A DNA stretch of 64,000 nt from Trichosphaerium sp. ATCC 40318 (taxonomy: Eukaryota; Protista; Tubulinea). This document shows, one piece after another, positions 50,281 to 62,475 of the stretch. The stretch covers positions 62,001 to 126,000 of the forward strand of contig JALMLS010000173.1 in assembly GCA_038496445.1 (NCBI GenBank). Reading direction: 5' to 3'. Numbering within the stretch: the first letter of the stretch is position 1; each line of letters opens with the position of its first letter. Both the position numbers and the translations under genes were made by a program. The notes under the pieces are model-generated. The model was not told the DNA's origin, ran no database searches, and was given only the letters and a program-made list of their open reading frames with translations.

Positions 50281-51140
50281 GAGACAATCAGTGTTTGATA
50301 ACAGTTGCTTTTAAACTGTTGTGCCTCCCATTTCACCACTTTGAGTATTTCGTTACTAACGCTTCCCCTTTATTACATTGATTAATCGTGGCACCACGAA
50401 AATCGCACTGAAATTAGTACTAGTTAGCAAAAGCAGTTCACAACGAACTAGCGCAAAAAGCTAACTATATTTTTTCGACTAGGTGAGATAGTTGCGTAAG
50501 ATATTGCGTAGGATTGCCCACTGCTACATCATATTCGTACAATAAAAGCCAGTAAATAGGCGCTATGTACTATGAGCTAAAATACACTGCCATACTGTAA
50601 GCACATTTTTCACCGTTTACAAATACAACACAAAAAGACATCTTTTTTCCGAAGAAAAGTCTAGTTGGAAAAAAATTTTCTCCACCAGCCATGAAGCATT
50701 GTAAGCTAGATTACGAAATAGTTGAGTATTTTTTTAATTGTGAACTTGTTTGAAAAACTTCGACTCAGTCACGTGTCGCGTGATTTTTACCCTTTTATGC
50801 CAATATTGGTCTTAAAGAAAACAAAAACCACACAGCTGTATTGTTTTTAGCGGCTTGGGAAGGGTTCACACATAGATCTGGAGGTGAACGCAGTAACAAA
50901 AGGGGTACTCTAGTTCGGTTATAGATACATTATTTGTATCACGTGATTTTGGGTAGAAAATCTTTCTTGCGAAAAGTATGCAAATGCTGCGCTTCTTAAA
51001 AGCATGTGTACATAGTAGAGACCATCTGGTTTTAAGTAGTAAAGTATATAAAGCGAATTACTTGTGCGGTCTCGCATTCCAACGCACAAAAAACTGTCCG
51101 CAAGAAAAGTTCGTTTTTTTACATTGAGCGCTAGTACATC

Positions 51141-52505
51141 ATGCACGCAACAACAGCTGTTCTGGTTATACTTCTATGCTGTACTCTATCTACTGCTGCC
51201 GTATTTGAAGGCAAAGAAGGCACTGTAGTCATAAAGGCTCTATCTACAACTCTTGTTGGCTTCTGGAAAAGCCATAACGTCCAAGGAGAAGGCGGCGCCT
51301 TGTGGGATGGAGAAGACAACGATTACAGGGGAAGACTCTCGGCAACAAATACCCTCGAGTACAAATTCACAGTGGACCAAACGGGCACATACTTCCTTAC
51401 TCTGTACACCGCACGTGTTCCTGCCGCTCACCCTGGTTTGGAAAACGACGCCGGAAATGACTGCTTTGTATCGCTTTACGAAGGCACCAATGAAATCAAA
51501 GAACCTACAAAGCTCTTTACCTTCTTCGGGTCTGATCATAATACCTTGAAATGGGGTGATACATTTGATAAGGGTGGTAAGAGCAAGGCGACTTTCGATC
51601 TCGTACAAGGTAAAGTCTATACTCTTGGCATGGCTGGACGTTCAGACGCTTACTTTTTGAGCCGAATCGTGATGAACAAAGACAAGAAACTGACCGATGC
51701 AACGTTGCCTGAATCACCTAAAGCCGATACAAACACGGATGCCCCTACTGATGTCCCTACAATGGTTGCGACAAATGCACCACCAATGAATGTCTCAGAT
51801 CCTCCAACGAAAGTAGTGACAGGGCCAGGTAAAATAGAAGCAGAATCTTTCATTGCCGCCACAGACACCACCGGTGCAAACCAAGGTAAGCATCTTTTTC
51901 GCTGTGATACAAAGCAATCTCTCCGTTTTCACATTGATGATTCAACGCAATACTAAGACTTTGCTCTAGGTGGTAAAACTTGCGGAAACCCACAATCTGG
52001 TGGAAATTTGGTAGATTTGGAGAATGCTTTTGATAGTGCTTTCCCTGGAGGTTGTAATGTCGGTTGGACTGCACCAGGAGAGACTTTGACCTACAGCGTA
52101 ACATTTAGCGGCACTACATCATACACTATACTCGCACGTGTTGCTGGAAAGGGAGGTCAAAAATCCATTGACGTTTTTATTGATGACGAAGCTACACCAC
52201 GTGCAACAATATCTTTCTCGCCAACAGGTGGTACGTGTATACTTTGGAAGATCTGACATTATCTACTACTAACACGTATATATCTAGCTTGGCAAAGATA
52301 CAAGAACGCATATGCAAGTTTGGGAACAGTGACAGAAGGAGAGCACACGGTTAAAGTGGAATTCAAGACTGGTTCAGTCAACTTGAACTTTTTGGAAATA
52401 AACCCAACTGCTCAAGCCAGAGGTAGCGACGCATCGAGTTCCATGTCATTAGTACTATCATATATTTTACTCGGTTTATGTTGCATGATACAAATACTCT
52501 TGTAA
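51141..52505 (+). CDS. Secreted/GPI-type protein with beta-sandwich domain, Pro/Thr linker and CBM6/35-like module
   Basis: Signal peptide; GKIEAESF..VDLE..NVGWTAPGETLTYSV..ARVA..TGAWQ..GEHTVKVEF..VNLNFLEI; hydrophobic tail; two introns. Confidence 0.8.
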
Positions 52506-53911
52506 CTCACCAGTTAAACTAGTTTAGAAAATAAACATAACGTAGCTTCATTCGCAATTTCTAAAGTCTAAGTAACTAACTGTCACTCCTTTTCCTCGCC
52601 CTCCTTTCAGCTTGTTGTAATTTACTTGGTTTCCACTCACTTGTAAAGAGCCACGTCATAACTTGTTTTAATAGCACCCTTAGCCTTCACTCCGCATTTC
52701 GTACAGTGCAGTGTGCACGACTAACGAAAAAGACTGAAAAAATAATTTTCCTTTTTTTTCTTTTGCTCACGTTTTTCAAAAGTCACCTTTGCTGGTAAAA
52801 TGCAAAAATATACGCGAATAAAGCTCTTAGGCGAAACGCAGTACATAAGGGAGCTTTCTTTTTACCTTTACTGTATAAACAAATGTATGGACTCATTCAC
52901 TCCTTCAACAACATGGGACAACCTATTAAACTTCAGAAACGCTCCTAACTTTACACTACCTGATACTGATCATTTACTCGGAATGTCAGCGAAATTATCG
53001 CCTACGTCGCTTGAAGGTACTAATATCACGTGTTTTAATAAATTATCACGTGATATTTATTCTATCGAGCTAAAACTTGTTAGGCAAGTTATTGTTTGTT
53101 AGAGATAAGGATTCGCCGTTATTGAAGGGATCGGAGTATTGCTTTCATGAGTTTGACGATGCAGAATTTTCTGAAGAAGATAGTTTTGTTTTCCAGTCGA
53201 CTTCATATACTGTTGTGGAAGTGCTCGTATGTACAAGACAGTGGCTCCAATCTACATATTATGGCCCTTATAACGAGTTGTCAGACACAAGATTACACAA
53301 CCATAAACCCTTCAAGTAAGTGCAACACGTTCTCCAATTTATTTTTTCAAAAAAAGATAAAACCGAAACTTTTACAATGTCATTTGTCAAATATCTCAAA
53401 CCCGTTTACTATGAATTTCTGATATCTGTAAAACTCTGTATATTGCCTCTAAAAGTTACAGTCCTTCAAGGTACTGTCACATGCTGATTTTTTGTTCTCA
53501 GTTCTTGTTTTAAAACTGGAGAACTTTTTGTTTGCGCGTGTCATTTTCTTAATGTGAATCCATTTCTTTCGATATACACAAGGTGTATTACTTTAATTAA
53601 CTCTCTGTTGAAGATACAAAACACCAAAGATTCAAAAAAAGAAAAAACGAAGAAAGAAACAAAGACCAACGTACTTACAAATAAGGTAAAAAAAAAACAA
53701 AAAAAAAAAGAACTTCCTTCCTTCTTCTTTGTTTGTAATCGTTGCTAATTACATACTTTATTTTAGTACCAACAGCGAGGAAATAGTGGTAGCAAAAAAA
53801 AAGTGTTGTAAGACTCCAAAATGCTTCTCAATGAAAGAGTTTTGGTCCAAGTACAAACGAAAAAAAAACCAAATCAACTTATTGCTAACATCAACTAACT
53901 CCTTTGCTAGG

Positions 53912-55320
53912 ATGAGTCCTGGAAATCGTCTCAGTTGTGTTACACTAGTACTATTTGTAGCTATAATAATATTGATATGTGTTTTGATACCAGTGTATAC
54001 GTTCACGTGGGGTGATTGTCTGTTGGTTGGTATGTAGTCTTTGTCTTTTTTTTGTGGTTAACATTTACTGTTCAGGATCTCAAGTTCTTCTACTTAATGA
54101 CGATTCAGATACCGTTTACAACCCTTACGCTGTTCCTGTAATGTCTGTTTCTTACGGGGATAACGTTGCTGTACAAGGAAGTGATTTTTATGTTAACAGA
54201 GGGCAGAAAGTAGTTTCAAGACCTATTAACAATTGGTTTTTTGTTTGGACCGAAACTCGAATAAATGCACGTACCGCTCTTGCTCTTCTTCTCCAAAAAC
54301 TTTAGCATTTACGGAATTGTTTAGAATCTCGAGAACTCTACCATTGGATCATTTGATATTTACAATAACTATGTGTACTATGCTATTCAAGTGAACACAA
54401 CTTGGTATCTTGAAAAAATAGCTTTTGATTTCTTCCTTATTACACGTGGAGAAATCCTTTCAATAATGCCAGATTATAACCCAAGAGATATTGCTGCTTG
54501 TGTTGTTATTACCACTAGGGATTATATATACGCTATTGATGCCACTCATGAAGCACCAACAGCCTACAATATTGTTAACGGTACGCCAAGATAAAAAAAA
54601 AAATTATTTAAAAGACAATTTATTTTCTTTCGTCTGAAAAAAGAACGTCATGGCTTCAAGCATGTACCTTAGTATAAGTTTATTAAAAACAGCATAAAGC
54701 AATAAAAAGTCAATGAGACTCCAAATATCACGTGAAACTAATACAAAATTGACCAATTCTTTGTTGCTTGTTGTAAAACAATCTAACATTTACTTAAAAG
54801 GTACCTGGAGCGTACTGCCTGGTGGGAATTTATCTACTGGTATACCAAGATCCATGACTGCCTTAAAAGATAGTAATACTGTATTTGTATACTTTATGAA
54901 CAGTTTCATAGCGCAATACATCAACGAAACACTAGTAAGGATCATAAAACCGTACGGACTTTTTTAACAACATCCAAAAAAAAAACAAACTATGAACTCT
55001 TGACGTAATCACCACTTTGTTATGAGCCTAATTGGATGTTCTACGTTGTATATAATTGAAACAGAATACTGTTATTGCTGCTATGAAATATCACGTGTTT
55101 AATTGACTTTATTAGGTATCAAGAACTTCAAATTGGTCAAGTTATGGCAGTAAGCGATGCAAGTTTGGACTTGTATGTTTTTAACCATGGATATCTCGTC
55201 AGACATTTTGCGCATTCGAATTACAACCTAACTACTAATTACTCCCTTATTTATGAGGACTTTTATGCTACACTCATTTACAGTCCAAGCTGCAGTACGG
55301 TTTTTTCCATCTTTTAAAAA
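53912..55320 (+). CDS. Spliced membrane-anchored protein of unknown function (ends uncertain)
   Basis: Hydrophobic LVLFVAIIILICVLIPVY followed by several GT-AG-bounded beta-rich exons. Confidence 0.5.
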
Positions 55321-55518
55321 AAACTGAAGGCGACAGCCAAAAAGCAAGCGTCAAGCTATGCACGAGAAGAGTTAAAAATTTATATCACAAATCAGAAATT
55401 TTATTGTGGTCATAACTTGATACTTGCGAGGAGAACTTTGCACGTGTTTTTTTGAAAAAAGTCGCAAAAGTACATGAAAATTAGAAAGTGAATTTAATGC
55501 GAACGACATCTTACGAAC

Positions 55519-55782
55519 ATGACTTTGTTGGATTTTTTTTTTGGAACAGTTTTCGTTTGTGCACTTACAATTTCCCTCACCATTTTGTTGATTTTTTTGT
55601 TCGTAGATACAACTGGATATGTTAACATTCTGTTCGTTTGTTTAATTGTATGTGTTGCTTCAGTTATTCTGCTTCTTGTTGCCATGTGTGGATGTAATTA
55701 CAGAAAGGATCAATTTAATGATAGAGAAACACAGACAAATACTAATACACCTATGGATAGTAACATGCTTAACTCGCTATGA
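55519..55782 (+). CDS. Small two-TM membrane protein
   Basis: 87-aa ORF with two hydrophobic segments and a polar tail. Confidence 0.5.
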   Translation: MTLLDFFFGTVFVCALTISLTILLIFLFVDTTGYVNILFVCLIVCVASVILLLVAMCGCNYRKDQFNDRETQTNTNTPMDSNMLNSL

Positions 55783-56974
55783 ATACATTGAAACAAAGTT
55801 TAAAAAAGTAACATTCAGTACAAGTCTTGAGTCTACCGTTTACGTTTTTTTATGCCTTTCAATTTAATTTGTGAGAAGTGATAGCAAAAGCCACAATTTC
55901 GTGACTCATGTAGAAAATCTCCCATACAGTTCAAATGTTTGTCGCCATCTCTACATAGTGTATTTTTTCTTCAGATTTGTTCTTTCAAACACGATACATT
56001 TCACAATCAAGCAGTCATCCTATTAACATTATATGTCTGTATATTCTCACGAATTTCAGGCGTTTTCGGAGCTTTGCTGACCAACCTTATTATATCTAGA
56101 TTATCAAATAATTATTGGCAAGCACATATGACTGATGGCAAGCAACGATCATTGGTCTTGAAAACCAACTCAGTACTACCGTTCTTCGTGATATGAGTGT
56201 CAAAGCCTGGCATTGCCCTATCATGCCATAATGGCTCTTCTACCATAGGACCTTGAGTGTCTGCTTATTCGGGTTCAAAGTTACTGAAACAAACAAGCTT
56301 GGCGAGTAAAAAAAAAGGGTGATTGAGTCATAGACAGTAATTGAAGTCTCATAAGATAGAGTCTAAATCTATTACGAGTTCAGTAGGTTCCTGTTGAGTG
56401 CTACCATTACACCATAAGCAGGTTGTATCTGTCCAGAATCGAACTGGAATCTTCAATATGCAGAATGGATGTGTTGCCTTTACACCACAGACACGACGCT
56501 CACTTGGAATCGAACCAAGTCCACAATATTGGATATATTATTGAAGAACCTACGCTTTACGTTTGTCAGGTTGACATTTGAGCACCCTATTTAATAAACA
56601 AACCGGTAGACGTTTTAAGTTGATGAAAACTTGAAAAAAAAAAAATTGTGGAACCAAATACTTCCCAAGAAATTTCTCTAAATTACTTCACTGAAATTGT
56701 ATACGGTAAATTATAGGGACTCCACTTCGTAATGCAGCTGTGCTAATGGGATCCAGGATTTCATTCATTGGTAGCAACACGTGTTTTATCGTGTTTCTAT
56801 CAACTAAACAAACAAAGAAAAAACAGTTCTGGACCACTTTCATCTTTGCATTCTCCATACGTAAACGAAACATAAGCAACGGCTACAGCAACAAACCAAC
56901 ATACAACAGAGAATGAGATGGGTGTTTATTAAGAAGGTAAAGCTGTTTGGTAACAAAACAACACGTGTCGTAAA

Positions 56975-57976
56975 TCATGCCCAGGATATTTTGTAAAGGT
57001 CAATATGTAAAGGAAGTCCCTTTGTTTCAGTTCTTGCAATCATATAATTAACTTGTGCTGTTTCAGAACCGTAACTATCTTCGTACACAGGAGTTGGTTC
57101 TAGAGCACCGTCAAGGGTTTCAAAGTTCCCTAGTAATTTCCATGTCAATCCGAAGTCATCTATATCAGCTACAAAATGAGGACGAGTAATTTTGGAATCA
57201 CCATGTGAACTACAAACGACATGAAGATTATTTTCTGGTCCTTTAAAAAACTCACAATTTTCGTATCCAACTGGAAACTCTGAACCCGCAGGGAATATTG
57301 GATTATTATCGTATTCCTTATAAGGAGGTAGTAAAGAGTCCTTGTTATTACTATCCGGGAAATAAGCGCCTTCTTGAGCGTAGTTATTACCTGAAACGCC
57401 TTTTGTAAAGTAAATTCTTTTTCCTTTAATTTTCATAATTCTACCACTGTCACATCTTCTCGCATTCCATGTCTGATTCCAAGATGGTGCTTTTCCTGTT
57501 GGATAAGCAACAAGACCATGACGAGTCCAAGGTCCGTGCATTGTTGGTGAGGATGCTACAAGTTGTGCTGACTCTTTTGTTGATGAATAGTTCTTTCCAG
57601 TTCCCGTATAAAAAACCCAAAACTTTCCGTTATCGTAGATGAGAGATGGCGAAAGCGTTCCGCCATAGTCAAACGCGTTTTGGTCTGTAGTGCGGTTGAA
57701 TAATAACCCGTGACTTGTCCACTCTCCAGTAACGTTTTTAGTGGAATAGTAATGTAAGAAAGCAAACCAGCCACCATGCTCTCCTGGACCTGGGATATAA
57801 TCTGTGACGAACCAATACGTTCCATTTACGAGTATAACACTGCTTGGATCGCGTAGATGTCCTGTTTGGTCGACAGCAATCGTTTTAACTCTTGTAAGTG
57901 ATGGCGTAAGAAAGCATAGATAGCAAGGTATTAACACAAAGAGAATAACACGTGTTAAAGGTAAGAAATGGTGCAT
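56975..57976 (-). CDS. Secreted five-bladed beta-propeller glycoside hydrolase (GH43/GH117-like), copy 1, intronless
   Basis: Signal peptide; LRDPSSVI, AFDxGG, GKFWVFYTG, GPWTR, NPIF, GYEN. Confidence 0.8.
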   Translation of the reverse strand: MHHFLPLTRVILFVLIPCYLCFLTPSLTRVKTIAVDQTGHLRDPSSVILVNGTYWFVTDYIPGPGEHGGWFAFLHYYSTKNVTGEWTSHGLLFNRTTDQNAFDYGGTLSPSLIYDNGKFWVFYTGTGKNYSSTKESAQLVASSPTMHGPWTRHGLVAYPTGKAPSWNQTWNARRCDSGRIMKIKGKRIYFTKGVSGNNYAQEGAYFPDSNNKDSLLPPYKEYDNNPIFPAGSEFPVGYENCEFFKGPENNLHVVCSSHGDSKITRPHFVADIDDFGLTWKLLGNFETLDGALEPTPVYEDSYGSETAQVNYMIARTETKGLPLHIDLYKISWA

Positions 57977-59108
57977 AGTACCGAACGTCGAAAGGTACAA
58001 TGACTATTCATTAAGGGCTAGTGCCATCCTTAAATATGTCGCGACATATTGCGTATGTACTAAACGATAGACTAATTACACGTCATTTCGGAAAACGGAG
58101 GAAGAATGATAAGTGAAAGTTCAAACGAAAAGTACCAAAAAAACCAAGTAATAACATTCGCAAATGATCACGTGATTTTCCGGCAGAGACAAAGTATCGA
58201 GACTTTTGGAGGTGAAAAGAAAGGAAGACGTTTGAATATTGTGGACCAGAGATCCAACGATATATTGACAACTACAACAACAACTCTCAGATAGCAAGCA
58301 GAAATCCCCTCCCACCCTTAATAATTTGTGGAAATTTTTCTCAAAACAATTTTTTTTTTGCATCTCGGATCGTGTTACTATTGTTAATAAACCACACGCT
58401 CGCTCTGCGCCTGAGCTATCTGTCAGGGACAGATGTGTTCCTTACCTCCCAAAGAACGTCGTAGTTGTAGATAGGATCTCCGAAGAACTGATCTAAACGC
58501 CAGCTTTTATACCTTGTCCTAACCAGGTATTTGTTTTGGCTCAACTTGTTTGTGATCTTTCAACATAAACAATACTTAGTAATCGCAATGTGGATACTGT
58601 TGGAGAGCTTTGGACAGTTGATTTTTCGTCTTGATTCTGTGACTTTGCACTGTGTTATATACTTACGTTTGTTTATCTAAAAAGCATTTTGTGCTGATTG
58701 GTGTTGTATGTACTTAATTCCTTATAAATTAGTCAACAGTCTATACGATTCACAGGTATCAATAAATTTGTAAAGTCTATTGTAGTACCTGTACAATCAA
58801 CTTATCTGCAGTAATGGACGTACATTAAAGGTTGTAGCACATTTTTAAACACTACACATACGACATTAAATAAAGGTAATGTAGAATTAAACAAGTAGGT
58901 ATTTGACAACATATTCAATCTTGAAAATCACGTGATATTGGTTTTTTGAATAACTTTTCGTATGAACTTTCATTTACTGTATCCTTCGTCGGTTACCTAA
59001 ATTACACACAACAAGGCTACTATGTTTACAACACACGATATGTCGACATATTTAAGTCTGGCACTAGCCCTTAATGAATAGTCATTATATATTTCGACAT
59101 TCAGCGTG

Positions 59109-60113
59109 ATGTACCATTTCTTACCTATAACACGTCTTATTCTCTTTGTGTTAATACCCTGCTATCTATGCTTTCTTACGCCATCACTTACAAGAGTTAA
59201 AACGATAGCTGCGGACAAAACAGGACATTTACGCGATCCAAGCAGCGTTATACTCGTAGATGGAACGTATTGGTTTGTATCGGATTATATCCCGTTATCT
59301 CAAGGAACACCAGGTGGCTGGCACGCTTTCTTACATTACTACTCCGCAAAAAACATTACAGGAGAATGGACTGATCATGGCTTGTTATTTAACCGCACTA
59401 CAGACGAAAACGCGTTTGACTACGCTGGAACGTTTTCGTCATCTCTCATCTACGATAACGGAAAGTTTTGGGTTTTTTACACGGGAACTGGAAAGAACTA
59501 TTCATCAACTGAAGAGTCAGCACAACTTGTAGCATCATCACCAACAATGCACGGACCTTGGACTCGTCATGGTCTTGTTGCTTATCCAACAGGAAAAGCA
59601 CCATCTTGGAATCAGACATGGAATGCGAGAAGACTTGATAGTGGTAGAATTATGAAAATTAAAGGAAAAAGAATTTACTTTACAAAAGGCGTTTCAGGTC
59701 ACAACGATGCTCAAGAAGGCGCTTATTTTCCAGACAGTAGTGTCACAGACTCTTTACTACCTCCTTATAAGGAATACGATAATAATCCAATATTCCCTGG
59801 AGGTTCACAGTTTCCAGTTGGATACGAAAATTGTGAGTTTTTGAAAGGACCAGAAAACAATCTTCATGTTGTTTGTAATTCACATGGTGATTCCAAAATA
59901 CCTCGTCCTCATTTTATAGCTGACATAGATGACTTCGGATTGACATGGAAATTACTTGGGAACTTTGAAACCCTTGATGGTGCTCTAGAACCAACTCCTG
60001 CTTACGAAGCTAGTTACGGTTCCGAAACAGCACAAGTTAATTATATGATTGCAAGAACTGAAACAAAGGGACTTCCTTTACATATTGATCTTTATAAAAT
60101 AGCCTGGGTATGA
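59109..60113 (+). CDS. Secreted GH43/GH117-like glycoside hydrolase, copy 2 (divergently oriented duplicate)
   Basis: Near-identical to copy 1 along its whole length; inverted homology extends ~200 bp into the promoters. Confidence 0.8.
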   Translation: MYHFLPITRLILFVLIPCYLCFLTPSLTRVKTIAADKTGHLRDPSSVILVDGTYWFVSDYIPLSQGTPGGWHAFLHYYSAKNITGEWTDHGLLFNRTTDENAFDYAGTFSSSLIYDNGKFWVFYTGTGKNYSSTEESAQLVASSPTMHGPWTRHGLVAYPTGKAPSWNQTWNARRLDSGRIMKIKGKRIYFTKGVSGHNDAQEGAYFPDSSVTDSLLPPYKEYDNNPIFPGGSQFPVGYENCEFLKGPENNLHVVCNSHGDSKIPRPHFIADIDDFGLTWKLLGNFETLDGALEPTPAYEASYGSETAQVNYMIARTETKGLPLHIDLYKIAWV

Positions 60114-61588
60114 TACCCAATATAAGGCTTAGTGTATTGCAACTACATAGCTTTCGGTTATTAATAAACAACCATTTCTCTAACAGGTTTTCTTGTATAA
60201 ATCACGTGAACTTACTACGTTATCTGTAACCTAATATTAGAATGGTTGTACTAGAGCTTTTGAGAAAACAGCCCAACAGTTCTTGTATTCTTGAGTTACA
60301 AGAAATATACCTAATGTTTATGGAAACTCTCTTGTGTACTGTTTGAGTTTTGTAGCTGACTTTTAACAATGGAAGCTGTACCGTTTTGGAATTTCAGGTA
60401 TAGTGTTACATCTCGGACTCAAGGCCGATATGTTGCCTTTACAGTAATCCTCACACTCGTATTGCCAATAGTTCAAATTTTTTTAATGGCTAAAGTTCTG
60501 CAGAACACGTGATTAGTTTTTTTTTCAATATATACTGATTTCAAACAGATTTGTCATGTGATAAAAAATAGGAGTACTTACGTTTATCGTTTCTACTAAC
60601 AAATTGATAAGTAGTATCCAATTCCGAAGCCAATATTTTCGTATTTCACAAGACGCTCGAAGAAGCAGCACCTTTCACTGATGCACGTTTCGATGAGATT
60701 AAAAGTGTACTTAAAAGCATGCATAGCCCTAGGAGAAGCCCACACTGTCCTCCTATCAAATCCCAGACACTCAATATCAATCTCGTTCAACATGATAGGC
60801 TCCATGTTTGCAGTGACACTAGGTATGAGAAAGAAAAAGAGTAAGCGAGCTTTGCTCGTACGCTAACGAAAGGTGAATAGGTATTCGAGGATAAGCAAAT
60901 GTGAAGTTAACTATAGAAGCTGGATACTACAGCATCGTAGTAAGTGAAATAGTCGTAGATGTACTTGACCTAAGAAAGATAAGATCAGAGTTTTTCAGCA
61001 TTGGACTTACTTTTTTATAGCGTACTTCCTTTCACTATGTATCAGATTCTTATCTTGACTCATGCTACACTGTAGATACCGTGGTTCAAAATATTCAATG
61101 TTGTTCTGTTCTTTACTTCTTTGTGCATATTGAAACGTAAAGAGTTCTTTATTGTACTACGAAAAGCAGTTGTTAGAGTATAAAGTTTGTACTTTACAAA
61201 AGTACCTCTTAGAAGAACTTCAAGTAACCTTTTCGCAACCACACAAACATTGATGGGTTGTATTTGTACGAAAACGCCAACCATTACACAGTGTTGTAGA
61301 TTGAATGAGTGGTTGGCTAGTTACAAGCACTTACTTGTACCTTGTGCCCACAAACGTTTGAACAAAGCCAAGCACTTATAATGCAACATTGATAAACAGT
61401 AAGAAATAATAAAAACGAGAAACATTGGAAGCGAGAATATCCACTGAGATCCTACTAGACTACTTTTCCGTGGTCTGTTATATGGGAACAGTGTGCTGAA
61501 ACAATTTTAGCTGTATTTGAGTAGTATGGTTTGTGGGCAATGACTGTCTTGCGGCAACAGTCTTGGGAGAAGGGATTTGAGAAGTGAT

Positions 61589-61800
61589 TTCAGTTGGCTT
61601 GCGGTTTTGAGCACTGGAAAAATGCTAGTACTCTTCATAGTGTGTACAAACGGGCAGATGCTGAGATGAGATACAAACAACTAAGAGTTCAGTTGGCTTC
61701 TCGGTTTTTGAGAACTGGAAAAACGCTAGTACTCTTCCCATTGTACAAAATGCAAACCCTAGTCAGTGAGAATAGATACAAACAAGTACGCGCAGTTGCG
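61589..61800. repeat. Degenerate ~100-bp tandem duplication
   Basis: TTCAGTTGGCTT..GGTTTTGAG.ACTGGAAAAA.GCTAGTACTCTTC..TGTACAAA..AGATACAAACAA occurs twice. Confidence 0.7.
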
Positions 61801-62475
61801 AGATCACAATGCACAGCTTCGCCAACAATTCAAAAAAGAGCCGAGCAAAGAAATTCCAATATTTCAGATTAAACTCGATGTTACTTCTCAATTTCGCGTG
61901 GTAACTAATGGCAGATATGAGGAGAACCTATATCTTAGTATTGAACGCTTTCGATAGCGAACGGGTCTGTTTTTCGGATATTCCCCAAGTTTTAGTACAA
62001 ATACCTTTGTTGGCCATCTTGGTTCTACTGGTACCAATTTCACGTGTCATCTCGTTCGGGTAAATCACATTCCTAGCTTGCTCAGCGCCAAACCATACAA
62101 AAAGTACCCTACAAACTTGAATAACGAATAAACAAGGAACACGTTTGTTCAAAGTAAAACAATATCAAAAAAAAAATTACCCAATTGTAGTTTTTATGTT
62201 TAAGATGTCACACCACTACATCCAAACGAAAAGCTGTTTGTTTCTTTGTCAAGACTTATTATACGAAACTCCCTTTCCAAACCAAATAATATTCAGCGTA
62301 CTATACGCTTAAATTGATTATTCTATACCCAAAACTCTTCGGAACTACCATTGCACAAATTAACACGACTTCAACTCACGTTAAGGTTTGTTCACATCCC
62401 ACGCCATAAACTCGAAACCTGAACGCAAACAACAACAACAACAACGACTGAAATTCTCCTATTAGTACCAATAAT

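Noticed and set aside
52800-53422. Overlapping short ORFs as a gene
   Set aside because: No recognisable domain or consistent splice model; at most a pseudogene fragment
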